DNA of 64,000 nt from Leptolyngbyaceae cyanobacterium. Lineage in GTDB: Bacteria; Cyanobacteriota; Cyanobacteriia; Phormidesmidales; Phormidesmidaceae. The position numbers and the translations under genes are program-made. The notes under the pieces are model-generated. The model worked only from the letters and a program-made list of their open reading frames with translations, was not told the origin of the DNA and searched no databases. The DNA lies in assembly GCA_965263355.1 (NCBI GenBank), contig CBDHHL010000056.1, positions 960,001-1,024,000 on the forward strand, written 5' to 3'. Of this stretch, positions 29,301 through 38,400 are shown piece after piece. Position 1 is the stretch's first letter. The number at the start of each line of letters is the position of its first letter.

Positions 29301-29757
29301 CAGACGGTTTTATCGTGCCGATAAACGATATAACCCCAAAAGCAATGCCGTTTTGAAACCGATCAAGGAAGCCGCTGATGTTATTTTGAATGCGGATACT
29401 GATGGGTTTAGGGGAGAAGACTTAGTCTTTTTAGTTGCTGCTAAGAATACAAAGTTAATGGATCGAATTCATTCGTCAGGTGCGGAAGGCTATCCTGTCT
29501 TTAAACGAAATGAGCGCGACCAAGAACGAGAATCTATCCTAGAATTTGCTCGATATTTTGTCCATGAGGTATTTGAAAAATCCTTTGCTAGTGATCGTGG
29601 TCGGTTAGCAGGCAGACAACTCAATCTTCTGCGTGATGCGTGTGAATTCATCTATCGTCTTGAACAAGACAAAGAAAATAAAAAAGATAAAGATAAAGCA
29701 GACAGTAAGCAAATCAAGAACGACGTTAACTCATCGAACGATAATGGCGAGGATTAA
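26338..29757 (+). CDS. cas10d: Type I-D large subunit Cas10d (Csc3)
   Basis: N-terminal HD domain (DQSLNTHLLNG...LHDFEK), PQVYTNK; 1139 aa. Confidence 0.93.
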   Translation: MMSNNLNDDNLDWLDDDIGDEQSSNRTIEPTQRELLTLKLLRSAIHTQNPDDAVMQDFAEYVLPNLLKITIGVTAKGGKFFDKLDQEKGKENVRRDNAADQSLNTHLLNGLFPANLIEQRLEQLDTTIQRLVREQERRLVMAAFILHDFEKFPDVDGEIRSLPGEERLKQHRQVIDKKIQQLGLDHFINPQNPTAYREYLDDLLCMAYNAQRRWDTNWNFSEYGLQPVLKDKILRNLTELTCLADSLASIIKHPQDATSYKFKELLHSLSDGQISLTYHSISENRGVLTNVVNNAVMDAHIALNTPDKKHYEPLLYLPTGVIYLAYGKPPPVALNDLPERVIAKIKQLCFEQLRRRQTGFSRDGKGMKYADYYTLFCDTRQLMYIALDATLRILSNNKKSVGPSRSAKLKTFQEKGALSADYDFQLGDDIRIDQLAEFGDVICRKVWGERCDLIQTLYKERTKKRKKNKDLSELPELKLLPEQLVIKLAEFLGLSEYLPQLREIQTINATLKEKKVKGSTGGIPYEWYFISTKLIQGSGIENIREIAEKIIDHAANLIEPVIAQYEVADGWDDLRSWVNQVVMLPQATITKTPKDQTDIFLKELASYQVAKKVGRGKLAICSVSHSAYSVKEQMESEVLFTPQVYTNKQLLGGSNAKRNISSIAGLEMMLRQILMNQTQAVGKRFEDGKYRYLYFYPTYYFTPETSRFLQKAYTGIAQTRFSTNLRNHFISKDLVVDFSREHYQAVDSFLIDDDLERKTTLPEDDPDYKRDRTFKLSYPDDQPLTFFFMALPPGRDPTDTESWVMPAWLAFASPMILDVKTVVSESPVPPFNDGAEFEESVFLDSAPQAFRALLKQDRFRLDYILEGWQTPDGTQQASPLNALTSAYAIHLDVNAKQGKGGYDANWGKLTELAKDLETSPLYVFNYLNRWLRNQKKESIRIEKIKLYAYHFYPCFDPHTKLIVLDLEEMLVCDEKSALRHPQRLTELYRRFYRADKRYNPKSNAVLKPIKEAADVILNADTDGFRGEDLVFLVAAKNTKLMDRIHSSGAEGYPVFKRNERDQERESILEFARYFVHEVFEKSFASDRGRLAGRQLNLLRDACEFIYRLEQDKENKKDKDKADSKQIKNDVNSSNDNGED
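29248..29757 (+). CDS. cas11d: Cas11d small subunit from an internal start in cas10d
   Basis: SD GGAGG at 29235-29239 followed by in-frame ATG 29242 / GTG 29248, just before LTELYRRFYRA. Confidence 0.7.
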   Translation: MCDEKSALRHPQRLTELYRRFYRADKRYNPKSNAVLKPIKEAADVILNADTDGFRGEDLVFLVAAKNTKLMDRIHSSGAEGYPVFKRNERDQERESILEFARYFVHEVFEKSFASDRGRLAGRQLNLLRDACEFIYRLEQDKENKKDKDKADSKQIKNDVNSSNDNGED

Positions 29758-29760
29758 ACA

Positions 29761-30369
29761 ATGGTTAAACTATTGCAAGCTGGACAATCCTACACCTTTA
29801 GTAAAATCTTTGACCTCAAAATCCCGGCTGATGAATTGGCCAGTGAGTTTGGGTATACCTTTAGTCGGCAAAAATTAAAGTTAGGACGCTATCAGGGAGA
29901 ACTTGATCGAATTGTGGAATTGCAATCACGCATCGAAGAAATTTTGCCTTATGTTGATCTAGCAAACGAAACATCTCGCCGAGAAATTTTAATTTCTCGA
30001 ATTGTCTCAGAGGTAGTTCACTATACTAAAGCCCAATTGCGCATTGAGTATCCCATCAAAGTTACGGAACAATTGCAAGGGTACCTTGATTATTTATTGC
30101 GGACTCAAACAGAACTCATTGTGATTGAGGCTAAGCGCCAGGATTTAGACTATGGATTTACCCAACTGGTTGCTGAAATGATTGCCCTTGATCAATGGGA
30201 GCGTACACCCACTCAATCGTCGTTGCTAGGTGCAATCACAACAGGGTCGGTATGGCAATTTGGCGTCTTATATCGAGAGAATAAGCATATCGAAAAGGGC
30301 TTAGATAGCTACCGTGTCCCTGAAGATATAGATGACTTGATGCGGATATTAGTAGCTGCATTACCTTAA
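29761..30369 (+). CDS. Cyanobacterial PD-(D/E)XK restriction-endonuclease-like protein
   Basis: GYLDYLL...VIEAK..DL..GFTQL and GAITTG..WQFG. Confidence 0.7.
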   Translation: MVKLLQAGQSYTFSKIFDLKIPADELASEFGYTFSRQKLKLGRYQGELDRIVELQSRIEEILPYVDLANETSRREILISRIVSEVVHYTKAQLRIEYPIKVTEQLQGYLDYLLRTQTELIVIEAKRQDLDYGFTQLVAEMIALDQWERTPTQSSLLGAITTGSVWQFGVLYRENKHIEKGLDSYRVPEDIDDLMRILVAALP

Positions 30370-30415
30370 CTGTGTTTTGAATGTCCAGCAAACTATTAAA
30401 CCAGGAAAATTAATT

Positions 30416-31426
30416 ATGACTTTGCTCAAAACCCTCGATTCTAAGTTTTTCCATAACGAAATTCCCTATAAACCCATGGGAAAATATGCACATTTTCTGA
30501 CTGTTCGTATCACCGAGTCTTATCCTCTATTTCAAACAGATGGAGAACTCAATAAAGCAAGGGTTCGAGCTGGAATCGTAAATGCTCAACCTGTCAGGCG
30601 ATTAAGCATGTTTAAGCGTAAACAATCAACGCCAGAACGTTTGGTAGGCAGAGAACTTTTACGTAACTATGGCTTTATGACTGCAGAAGACTGTGAGTAT
30701 AACGTCAAATTTGCCATGGATAATCCAGACTGTATTATCTATGGATTTGCCATTGGTGACTCTGGTTCAGAAAAGTCAAAGGTGGTTGTAGATACTGCTT
30801 TTTCTATTACACCCTTTGATAAATCCCATGAAACTTTTACCCTAAATGCACCATTTGAGAATGGAACAATGGCCTCTAAAGGAGAAGGTGGAGGAAAGTT
30901 AGGAGAAATTACAAATCGCATCAATCAGCAAGACCATATTCGCCCCCAGGTTTTTTTCCCAAGCATTGTCACCCTCAAAGATCCAACGGAAGCAGGCTTT
31001 TTGTATGTGTTCAACAATATCTTACGTACTCGTCATTATGGAGCTCAGACGACACGTACAGGACGGGTACGGAATGAGTTAATTGGTGTTGTTTTTGCTG
31101 ATGGTGAAATTGTTAGCAACCTGCGCTGGACTCAAGCTATCTACGATTTAATGAAAGATGGTGGCCATTTAGATATTCCAGACCCTTTAAATGAGGATGA
31201 TGTTGTACAAGCCGCTAAAGATGCGATCGCAAATCTCATGTCAGATGAATTTATTGTCCATACAGACTTTATCGGGGATGATTTTCAATCTGTACTGGAT
31301 GAAGTTAAGTCTTTAACCGGTACTGAAAAAGGTATCAAGTCAATTTTAGAAGCCGCTGATGCCGAAGCTAAAACCTATGCCTCTAAGCACATCAGTAGCA
31401 AGAAAAAAGCTGCCGCCAAGAAATAA
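30416..31426 (+). CDS. cas7: Type I-D Cas7 (Csc2)
   Basis: FKRKQSTPERLVGRELLR, DCIIYGFAIG and YGAQTTRTG. Confidence 0.92.
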   Translation: MTLLKTLDSKFFHNEIPYKPMGKYAHFLTVRITESYPLFQTDGELNKARVRAGIVNAQPVRRLSMFKRKQSTPERLVGRELLRNYGFMTAEDCEYNVKFAMDNPDCIIYGFAIGDSGSEKSKVVVDTAFSITPFDKSHETFTLNAPFENGTMASKGEGGGKLGEITNRINQQDHIRPQVFFPSIVTLKDPTEAGFLYVFNNILRTRHYGAQTTRTGRVRNELIGVVFADGEIVSNLRWTQAIYDLMKDGGHLDIPDPLNEDDVVQAAKDAIANLMSDEFIVHTDFIGDDFQSVLDEVKSLTGTEKGIKSILEAADAEAKTYASKHISSKKKAAAKK

Positions 31427-31428
31427 TC

Positions 31429-32157
31429 ATGCCAATTATCTATCGTTGCACCCTAGAACTGCACGATAGCTTGTACTTTGCCACCCGTGAGATTGGACGG
31501 CTTTATGAAACCGAACCGATTTTGCATAATTATGCTCTTTCCTACGTTTTAGGGCTGGTGGACAACGAACAATTAGCCACTACTGTTGCTGAAGAGTACA
31601 GCTATCGTAACTTTTGTGCAGAACAAATTCCTCGATATCAGGAACAACTCACTCCCCTTACGCAGCAAGGTATCTATGTCACCCCAGCCAGGTCGCTCAC
31701 CCATACCAGTGTGCTTAATACCTGGAAGTATGCCGACAACCGCTACCACGTAGAAATGCAGGCCACTGAAAAGAACATTCCCAGTTTTGGGCGTACCAAA
31801 GAGATTGCGATTGAGAGCCAGTTTGAGTTTTTTGTGTTCTCAGAACAGACTTTGAAACTACCCCGATGGGTGCGTATCGGTAAGTGGGCCAGCAAAGCTG
31901 AGCTAACAGCTTTTGAACTCCCTAAACCACAACTCAATAAGGCGAATAAGGAGTTTACCTATGCCTATCCACTCAATCCGTTGGATGTGATGTTTACTAA
32001 TCAGGTCTTGAGCTATGACACGATCAATATGCCACCCGTTAGCCTGATTCGTAATGTCCGCATGGTTGGTGATTACTATACATTCAACAACACCGATGAT
32101 GACACCCTCAAAAAACTAAAACTCCCTGCCAACATGCACTATCACTTTGGAGATTAA
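31429..32157 (+). CDS. cas5: Type I-D Cas5 (Csc1)
   Basis: LYFATRE..LHNYALSY, NIPSFGR and PRWVRIGKW. Confidence 0.9.
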   Translation: MPIIYRCTLELHDSLYFATREIGRLYETEPILHNYALSYVLGLVDNEQLATTVAEEYSYRNFCAEQIPRYQEQLTPLTQQGIYVTPARSLTHTSVLNTWKYADNRYHVEMQATEKNIPSFGRTKEIAIESQFEFFVFSEQTLKLPRWVRIGKWASKAELTAFELPKPQLNKANKEFTYAYPLNPLDVMFTNQVLSYDTINMPPVSLIRNVRMVGDYYTFNNTDDDTLKKLKLPANMHYHFGD

Positions 32158-32162
32158 CAATA

Positions 32163-33050
32163 ATGCCCTATAGTCTTGTGCTTAATCTGGTGCCTCAGGA
32201 AACAATTCCCAAAAGTCATTTAAGTGGACGACATTTGCACGCCTTGTTTTTGGAGTTGGTGCGATCGCAATCCCCTACTCTGGCCACCACTCTCCACGGA
32301 CAAACCACCACCAAAGCCTTTACCCTCAGCCCACTGCAGCCCACAGCCAAACAACATATCGGCACCCTACAGTGGACTTACCGTCGCGCCATTCCAGCCG
32401 GTACCCCTTGCTGGTGGCGCATTACCCTACTAGACGATGCACTATTTGGACAATTGGCCCATCTCTGGTTGGGCCTTAGCAGCCAACAAAACTGGAGCTT
32501 AGGCGGTAGCCCTATCCAGGTCGTCAGCGTACTAGGCACACCTCAATCAAACCAATCCTGGTCCAACTACACCCCTTACGACCAGCTTTACACCCAGGCC
32601 TCAGATAGCAACCGTAAACTGCACTTTACCCTCTGTACCCCAACTACATTTCGTGTCAGCGACTACGACTGCGCCCTACCCACCCGAGAGAGTGTCTTCA
32701 GAGGACTACTCAAACGCTGGAATCGTTATAGTCAAAGCACTTTCCCAGATACCCTTGTAGAGCCCGTATACCCAAGCTTTTTCAACATCCGCACCGAACT
32801 AGCCACTGATAGTCGCAGTAAACTAATCGGCTGTGTTGGCGACATCACCTTTCAGATACTTGGAGATGTAAAACCAGAAACCATCAAGCAATTAAATACC
32901 TTAACCAATTACGCTTTGTATACTGGCATTGGTCGCAAAACCCCCATGGGTATGGGACAAGTATTTCCAGCAAAAGCAGACACAAAAACTCGCTGTCAGC
33001 AGCAGCCACCTAAACCTCATAAATCCCGCCGCTATGCCACTGCCTCATAA
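32163..33050 (+). CDS. cas6: Cas6 endoribonuclease
   Basis: GRHLHALF and Gly-rich loop GIGRKTPMGMG. Confidence 0.92.
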   Translation: MPYSLVLNLVPQETIPKSHLSGRHLHALFLELVRSQSPTLATTLHGQTTTKAFTLSPLQPTAKQHIGTLQWTYRRAIPAGTPCWWRITLLDDALFGQLAHLWLGLSSQQNWSLGGSPIQVVSVLGTPQSNQSWSNYTPYDQLYTQASDSNRKLHFTLCTPTTFRVSDYDCALPTRESVFRGLLKRWNRYSQSTFPDTLVEPVYPSFFNIRTELATDSRSKLIGCVGDITFQILGDVKPETIKQLNTLTNYALYTGIGRKTPMGMGQVFPAKADTKTRCQQQPPKPHKSRRYATAS

Positions 33051-33240
33051 CCATAGACAGCTAAAGCTCGATGAGCTATTTCAACGCATTGATGCCCTTG
33101 AACCAGATTTCGATCAACCCTCTGACGAAGAAATTTGCCAGATAGTCCAGGAAGTTCGCCATAGGCGAGCCATCCATGAGAGTAATCCTTTCTTTAAACC
33201 CATTACGGATCAAGGGGTAAACCATGGCTCAGGTGCTTAA
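33034..33240 (+). CDS. Small hypothetical protein (antitoxin-like)
   Basis: ORF coupled to cas6; acidic helix PSDEEICQIVQEVR. Confidence 0.45.
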   Translation: MPLPHNHRQLKLDELFQRIDALEPDFDQPSDEEICQIVQEVRHRRAIHESNPFFKPITDQGVNHGSGA

Positions 33241-33280
33241 GCCTGAGCAGTCCTATACTTTTGGTGAAATCTTTGACCTT

Positions 33281-33862
33281 ATGAATGAAAATTATCTTCC
33301 TCTTGCGTACCTTAACGCATGGGAATATTGTCCTCGCCGCTTTTACCTGGAATATGAACTCGGCGAAATGCAAGACAATGCCCATATAGTTATGGGTCGT
33401 CACCTCCATCGTAACATTGACGAAGAAACTGTGCGCCAGGAAGGCGATACCCGCATTTACCAACAACAATGGGTCTGGAGCGATCGCCTGATGGTCTCTG
33501 GCAAAATCGATGCCGTCGAAGAAACCAATGGCCAGTTGGTGCCGCTCGAATACAAAAAAGGCCGTATGGGTCGGCACCTGAGCGATCACTTTCAGCTATG
33601 TGCTGCTGCCCTATGCATCGAAGAACGTACAGGCCGAGAGATTGACCATGGCGAGATTTTTTACCATGCTAATCGCAGGCGAGAGAATGTCACCTTTACT
33701 GATGAGCTAAGACAGGCGACTGAGGGTGCGATCATCAATGCTCAGAATGCAATTAACAAACCAATGCCAGCTCCTATTGACCATCTAAAAAAATGTCAGG
33801 CTTGCAGCTTGCAAGAGATTTGTTTGCCCATAGAAACGAAGGTATTGGGTATTAGGTATTAG
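33281..33862 (+). CDS. cas4: Cas4
   Basis: YCPRR, GKIDAVE..EYKKG, QLCA and C..CSL..IC; likely start ATG 33281. Confidence 0.93.
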   Translation: MNENYLPLAYLNAWEYCPRRFYLEYELGEMQDNAHIVMGRHLHRNIDEETVRQEGDTRIYQQQWVWSDRLMVSGKIDAVEETNGQLVPLEYKKGRMGRHLSDHFQLCAAALCIEERTGREIDHGEIFYHANRRRENVTFTDELRQATEGAIINAQNAINKPMPAPIDHLKKCQACSLQEICLPIETKVLGIRY

Positions 33863-33978
33863 GTTTTGGGTTTTAGATTTTAGATACACTACCCACCACC
33901 TATCACCCACCACTTATCACCCACCACCTATCACCCACCACCTATCACCCACCACCTATCACCCACCACCTATCACCC
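33841..33978 (+). repeat. Heptamer-based tandem repeats (GGTATTR/GGTTTTR run, then ~6x CACCCACCACCTAT)
   Basis: Directly visible between cas4 and cas1. Confidence 0.9.
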
Positions 33979-34956
33979 ATGTCTTCGCTCTATATTACTC
34001 AACCCGATGCTGTTGTCAGCAAAAAATATGAGGCGTTTAATGTTGCCCTAAAACAAGAAGATGGTTCCTGGAAACGACAGTCTATTCCTGCTCAAACTGT
34101 GGAACAAGTGATTCTAATGGGTAACCCTCAAGTCACTGGAGATGCTTTAATGTATGCGTTAGAGCTGGGAATGCCAGTTCATTATCTATCCAGCTTTGGC
34201 AAATATTTAGGTGCTGCTCTACCAGGCCACTCACGTAATGGTCAACTACGGCTTGCTCAGTATGCAATGTATCGCGACATTGAACAACGGTTAATCCTGG
34301 TAAAAGCAATGATCACTGCCAAAATTCATAACCAGTATGCGGTGCTTTATCGCCATGGTCAAAAGGATAATCCATTAAAGCAACATAAACGTATGGTGGC
34401 ACAGCAAAAAACTTTGGATCAAGTACGTGGCATCGAAGGGCTAGCGGCACGAGAGTATTTTGCTAGTTGGATCCAAATGTTAGATAAGTCTTGGCAGTTT
34501 ACAGGACGTAATCGTAGACCGCCTACGGATCCGGTCAATGCATTGCTGAGTTTTGCCTATGCTTTGTTGCGAAGTCAGGTGACAGCAGCAGTCCATATTG
34601 CGGGGCTTGATCCGTATATTGGGTATCTCCATGAAGTTCATCATGGACAGCCTGCTATGGTTTTAGATTTGATGGAAGAATTTCGGCCTTTGGTAGCTGA
34701 TAATTTAGTTCTGGCGGCCATTAACAATCGTTCAATTCAGCAGAAGGATTTTACTGAGAGTTTAGGAGCCTATCGTTTATCAGATAATGCTCGAAAGGCT
34801 TTTCTACAAGCTTTTGATCGCAAAATGAATGATGAGTTTAAACATCCTGTTTTTGACTATCGGTGTAGTTATCGACGAGCAATTATTTTACAGGCACGGT
34901 TGCTGGCAAAGTATCTGCAAGAGGGAATCGAGTATAAGGGGCTAATGCTACGGTAA
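33979..34956 (+). CDS. cas1: Cas1 (type I-D)
   Basis: RGIEGLAAREYF, NRRPPTDPVNALLSFAY and DLMEEFRP. Confidence 0.96.
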   Translation: MSSLYITQPDAVVSKKYEAFNVALKQEDGSWKRQSIPAQTVEQVILMGNPQVTGDALMYALELGMPVHYLSSFGKYLGAALPGHSRNGQLRLAQYAMYRDIEQRLILVKAMITAKIHNQYAVLYRHGQKDNPLKQHKRMVAQQKTLDQVRGIEGLAAREYFASWIQMLDKSWQFTGRNRRPPTDPVNALLSFAYALLRSQVTAAVHIAGLDPYIGYLHEVHHGQPAMVLDLMEEFRPLVADNLVLAAINNRSIQQKDFTESLGAYRLSDNARKAFLQAFDRKMNDEFKHPVFDYRCSYRRAIILQARLLAKYLQEGIEYKGLMLR

Positions 34957-35249
34957 TGACTACGCTCTTCTACCTTATCATCTACGACCTCCCTGATTCT
35001 AAAGCAGCGAATAAACGCCGTAATCGCTTGCATAAGCTTCTTTCTGGCTATGGTACCTGGACTCAATACAGTGTGTTTGAATGTTTTTTAACGGGAATGC
35101 AATTTGCTAAATTACAGACACAGATTGAGACGTTGATCAAACCTGATGAAGATTCTGTTCGTGTTTATGTCTTGGATGCAGGTGCGGTAAGGCGGACGAT
35201 TACCTATGGGTCTGAGAAACCACGTCAGGAGACGGCTATCATTCTGTGA
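34956..35249 (+). CDS. cas2: Cas2
   Basis: LIIYDL...QYSVFEC..DSVRVY. Confidence 0.95.
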   Translation: MTTLFYLIIYDLPDSKAANKRRNRLHKLLSGYGTWTQYSVFECFLTGMQFAKLQTQIETLIKPDEDSVRVYVLDAGAVRRTITYGSEKPRQETAIIL

Positions 35250-35477
35250 TGCTAATTTTTCTAAATAGTTCACTCCTGTTCAACGTTTTTTTGGCAAACT
35301 AAAGCAAGGGCTAAATCCTTAGGGGTTTGCCAAATGGGTAGAACCTTGATAATTGAATAGTTTTAGAAGTTTATGAGTACCAAAGTTGAGCTTTATTAGG
35401 CTTGATCAGCTCATGATTTTGACCTTTGCCAAAGTTATGGGCAGAATGCTTATATGGCAAGCTTTTACAAGCGCGGG
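35250..35477 (+). promoter_or_regulatory. CRISPR leader
   Basis: AT-rich region between cas2 and the first repeat, with a TTTGGCAAAC...GTTTGCCAAA inverted repeat. Confidence 0.8.
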
Positions 35478-38400
35478 CTCGCCAACCAAAAATCCCGACA
35501 ACCGGGACTGAAACTTGAACCATCGAACTATGATGGTAGCACCTTTAGCCTACTCGCCAACCAAAAATCCCGACAACCGGGACTGAAACTAGCCTGAACG
35601 ATAATCGAACTCAGAAAATTGTATTTACTGACTCGCCAACCAAAAATCCCGACAACCGGGACTGAAACAGCTCGTTGACGGGAACCCCCAATTTAACCCC
35701 TCGCCAACCAAAAATCCCGACAACCGGGACTGAAACAAATAGGGCCATCAAAAATCCCGACAACCGGGGATGATTCAGCTCTGCAGTTCATACTCGCCAA
35801 CCAAAAATCCCGACAACCGGGACTGAAACATCGATGAGAAAACTATGTTTGCTTAGAAAACCTGGCTGTAGTCTGCTCGCCAACCAAAAATCCCGACAAC
35901 CGGGACTGAAACGTATCTGAGGCAACACGATACGCTTCAATTAGCTCTGCAAGCTCGCCAACCAAAAATCCCGACAACCGGGACTGAAACCAGGGGACAT
36001 GGTTGGAGCAGTTTAACTTATGTAGCTCGCCAACCAAAAATCCCGACAACCGGGACTGAAACGGAAACTGAGCGTGATCACTTGGCGCACTGAAGCTCGC
36101 CAACCAAAAATCCCGACAACCGGGACTGAAACCAGGATATGGACGGACCCTGAGGATTTAAGACGTCATGGCTCGCCAACCAAAAATCCCGACAACCGGG
36201 ACTGAAACTCTGTCAGCATTACCTATCTTGTTCAGCTGGTTGAACGGCCTCGCCAACCAAAAATCCCGACAACCGGGACTGAAACAGAACGGAGGCCGTA
36301 GGCTCGCCAACCAAAAATCCCGACAACCGGGACTGCTCTTACCACTTCCTCGCCAACCAAAAATCCCGACAACCGGGACTGAAACTCGTCAATGTCTTGG
36401 CCATGCGCGACCTGCCCATGCTCGCCAACCAAAAATCCCGACAACCGGGACTGAAACATGGATTTCAGCGTTAGGAGCAGGCTCGCCAACCAAAAATCCC
36501 GACAACCGGGACTGAAACATGTCTGGCCTTCCTAATTCCTGCTGCTCGCCAACCAAAAATCCCGACAACCGGGACTGAAAACCCGAATGATCAGATAATT
36601 GATCTCTCACAGTGTGACTCGCCAACCAAAAATCCCGACAACCGGGACTGAAACATGCTTTCTGCGTCACGGGTTCTATCTCCCTACTAGCTCGCCAACC
36701 AAAAATCCCGACAACCGGGACTGAAAACTTAAGCTGTAACTTTCCTGGGAGTCAGGAACCCCTCGCCAACCAAAAATCCCGACAACCGGGACTGAAACGC
36801 CACTGTCGCAGCTTTGCCGCACCGTTGGCTTGTTGGCTCGCCAACCAAAAATCCCGACAACCGGGACTGAAACTTTGCCATCACGCAATTCATGATCACC
36901 CAATCCCCTCGCCAACCAAAAATCCCGACAACCGGGACTGAAACGCCAGTTATCAACTCTCCTTCCTCAATGTCAGCATGGCCGCACTCGCCAACCAAAA
37001 ATCCCGACAACCGGGACTGAAACGCATTAGGAGTATCCTTTGAACGGGTTGAATTGCTCTGCTCGCCAACCAAAAATCCCGACAACCGGGACTGAAACAT
37101 TTCCTAACCTGTATGGTTCCGTTCCTGCCCCAACTCGCCAACCAAAAATCCCGACAACCGGGACTGAAACTACGTGGATTCTATGGCTCGCCCTATACCT
37201 GCTAAAAGCTCGCCAACCAAAAATCCCGACAACCGGGACTGAAACATTATTTCTGGGGCTGCCATAGGGACTAACTTCCTCCTCGCCAACCAAAAATCCC
37301 GACAACCGGGACTGAAACTGGTTCTATGAATCGGGCCTGAATTAAAGGCATATTCAAGATACTCGCCAACCAAAAATCCCGACAACCGGGACTGAAACAT
37401 CAGGTTAACTCACTAACCTAGGGTCCGCCACTGCTCGCCAACCAAAAATCCCGACAACCGGGACTGAAACATTACCTGATAATCCGTCATAATAACAGTG
37501 AAACAGCTCCATTCACTCCTCGCCAACCAAAAATCCCGACAACCGGGACTGAAACTATTGGTTCCTTATACGTTAATCGTTGACATGTCGGGGAAGCTCG
37601 CCAACCAAAAATCCCGACAACCGGGACTGAAACATGGTGCATTGCTCCTCAGCAATTGAAGCGTTGCAGACTCGCCAACCAAAAATCCCGACAACCGGGA
37701 CTGAAACCTGATGACTTGGAGATGCATCAGTAGGCAGCTAAATACTCGCCAACCAAAAATCCCGACAACCGGGACTGAAACAGAAACTGAGCTAACAAGC
37801 TACGCTGCAGGTAATCAAAGATGAGCTCGCCAACCAAAAATCCCGACAACCGGGACTGAAACAAACCTCCGCCCATAGAAGCCTTAACAGAATTCCAGAC
37901 CCAAGCTCGCCAACCAAAAATCCCGACAACCGGGACTGAAACGCTCACTGTTTCCGTTCCTGCCTATTCGTGCGAGATCCCAAGCTCGCCAACCAAAAAT
38001 CCCGACAACCGGGACTGAAAACTTTGCCTTGGGGTTGTCGGCGCTGCAACACTCGCCAACCAAAAATCCCGACAACCGGGACTGAAACCGTAGATCTTCC
38101 CCCATGTGCCCCTTGGCTCGCCAACCAAAAATCCCGACAACCGGGACTGAAACCTTCCAAGCAGCTGGCCAATGCAACGGAGCTACCTCGCCAACCAAAA
38201 ATCCCGACAACCGGGACTGAAACTAGCTGCTTCACTGGAAGAAACAGTAAGTTGAAACTCGCCAACCAAAAATCCCGACAACCGGGACTGAAACTGAATC
38301 TTTACCGCAAGAATGGTATCTGTTTTCTCGCCAACCAAAAATCCCGACAACCGGGACTGAAACTCAGGTTGCACTCACTAACCTAGGGTGTAAGCGCCAC

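Noticed and set aside
37099..37984. Two spacers share the 13-mer TTCCGTTCCTGCC
   Set aside because: The flanks are unrelated; too short to interpret without a database search
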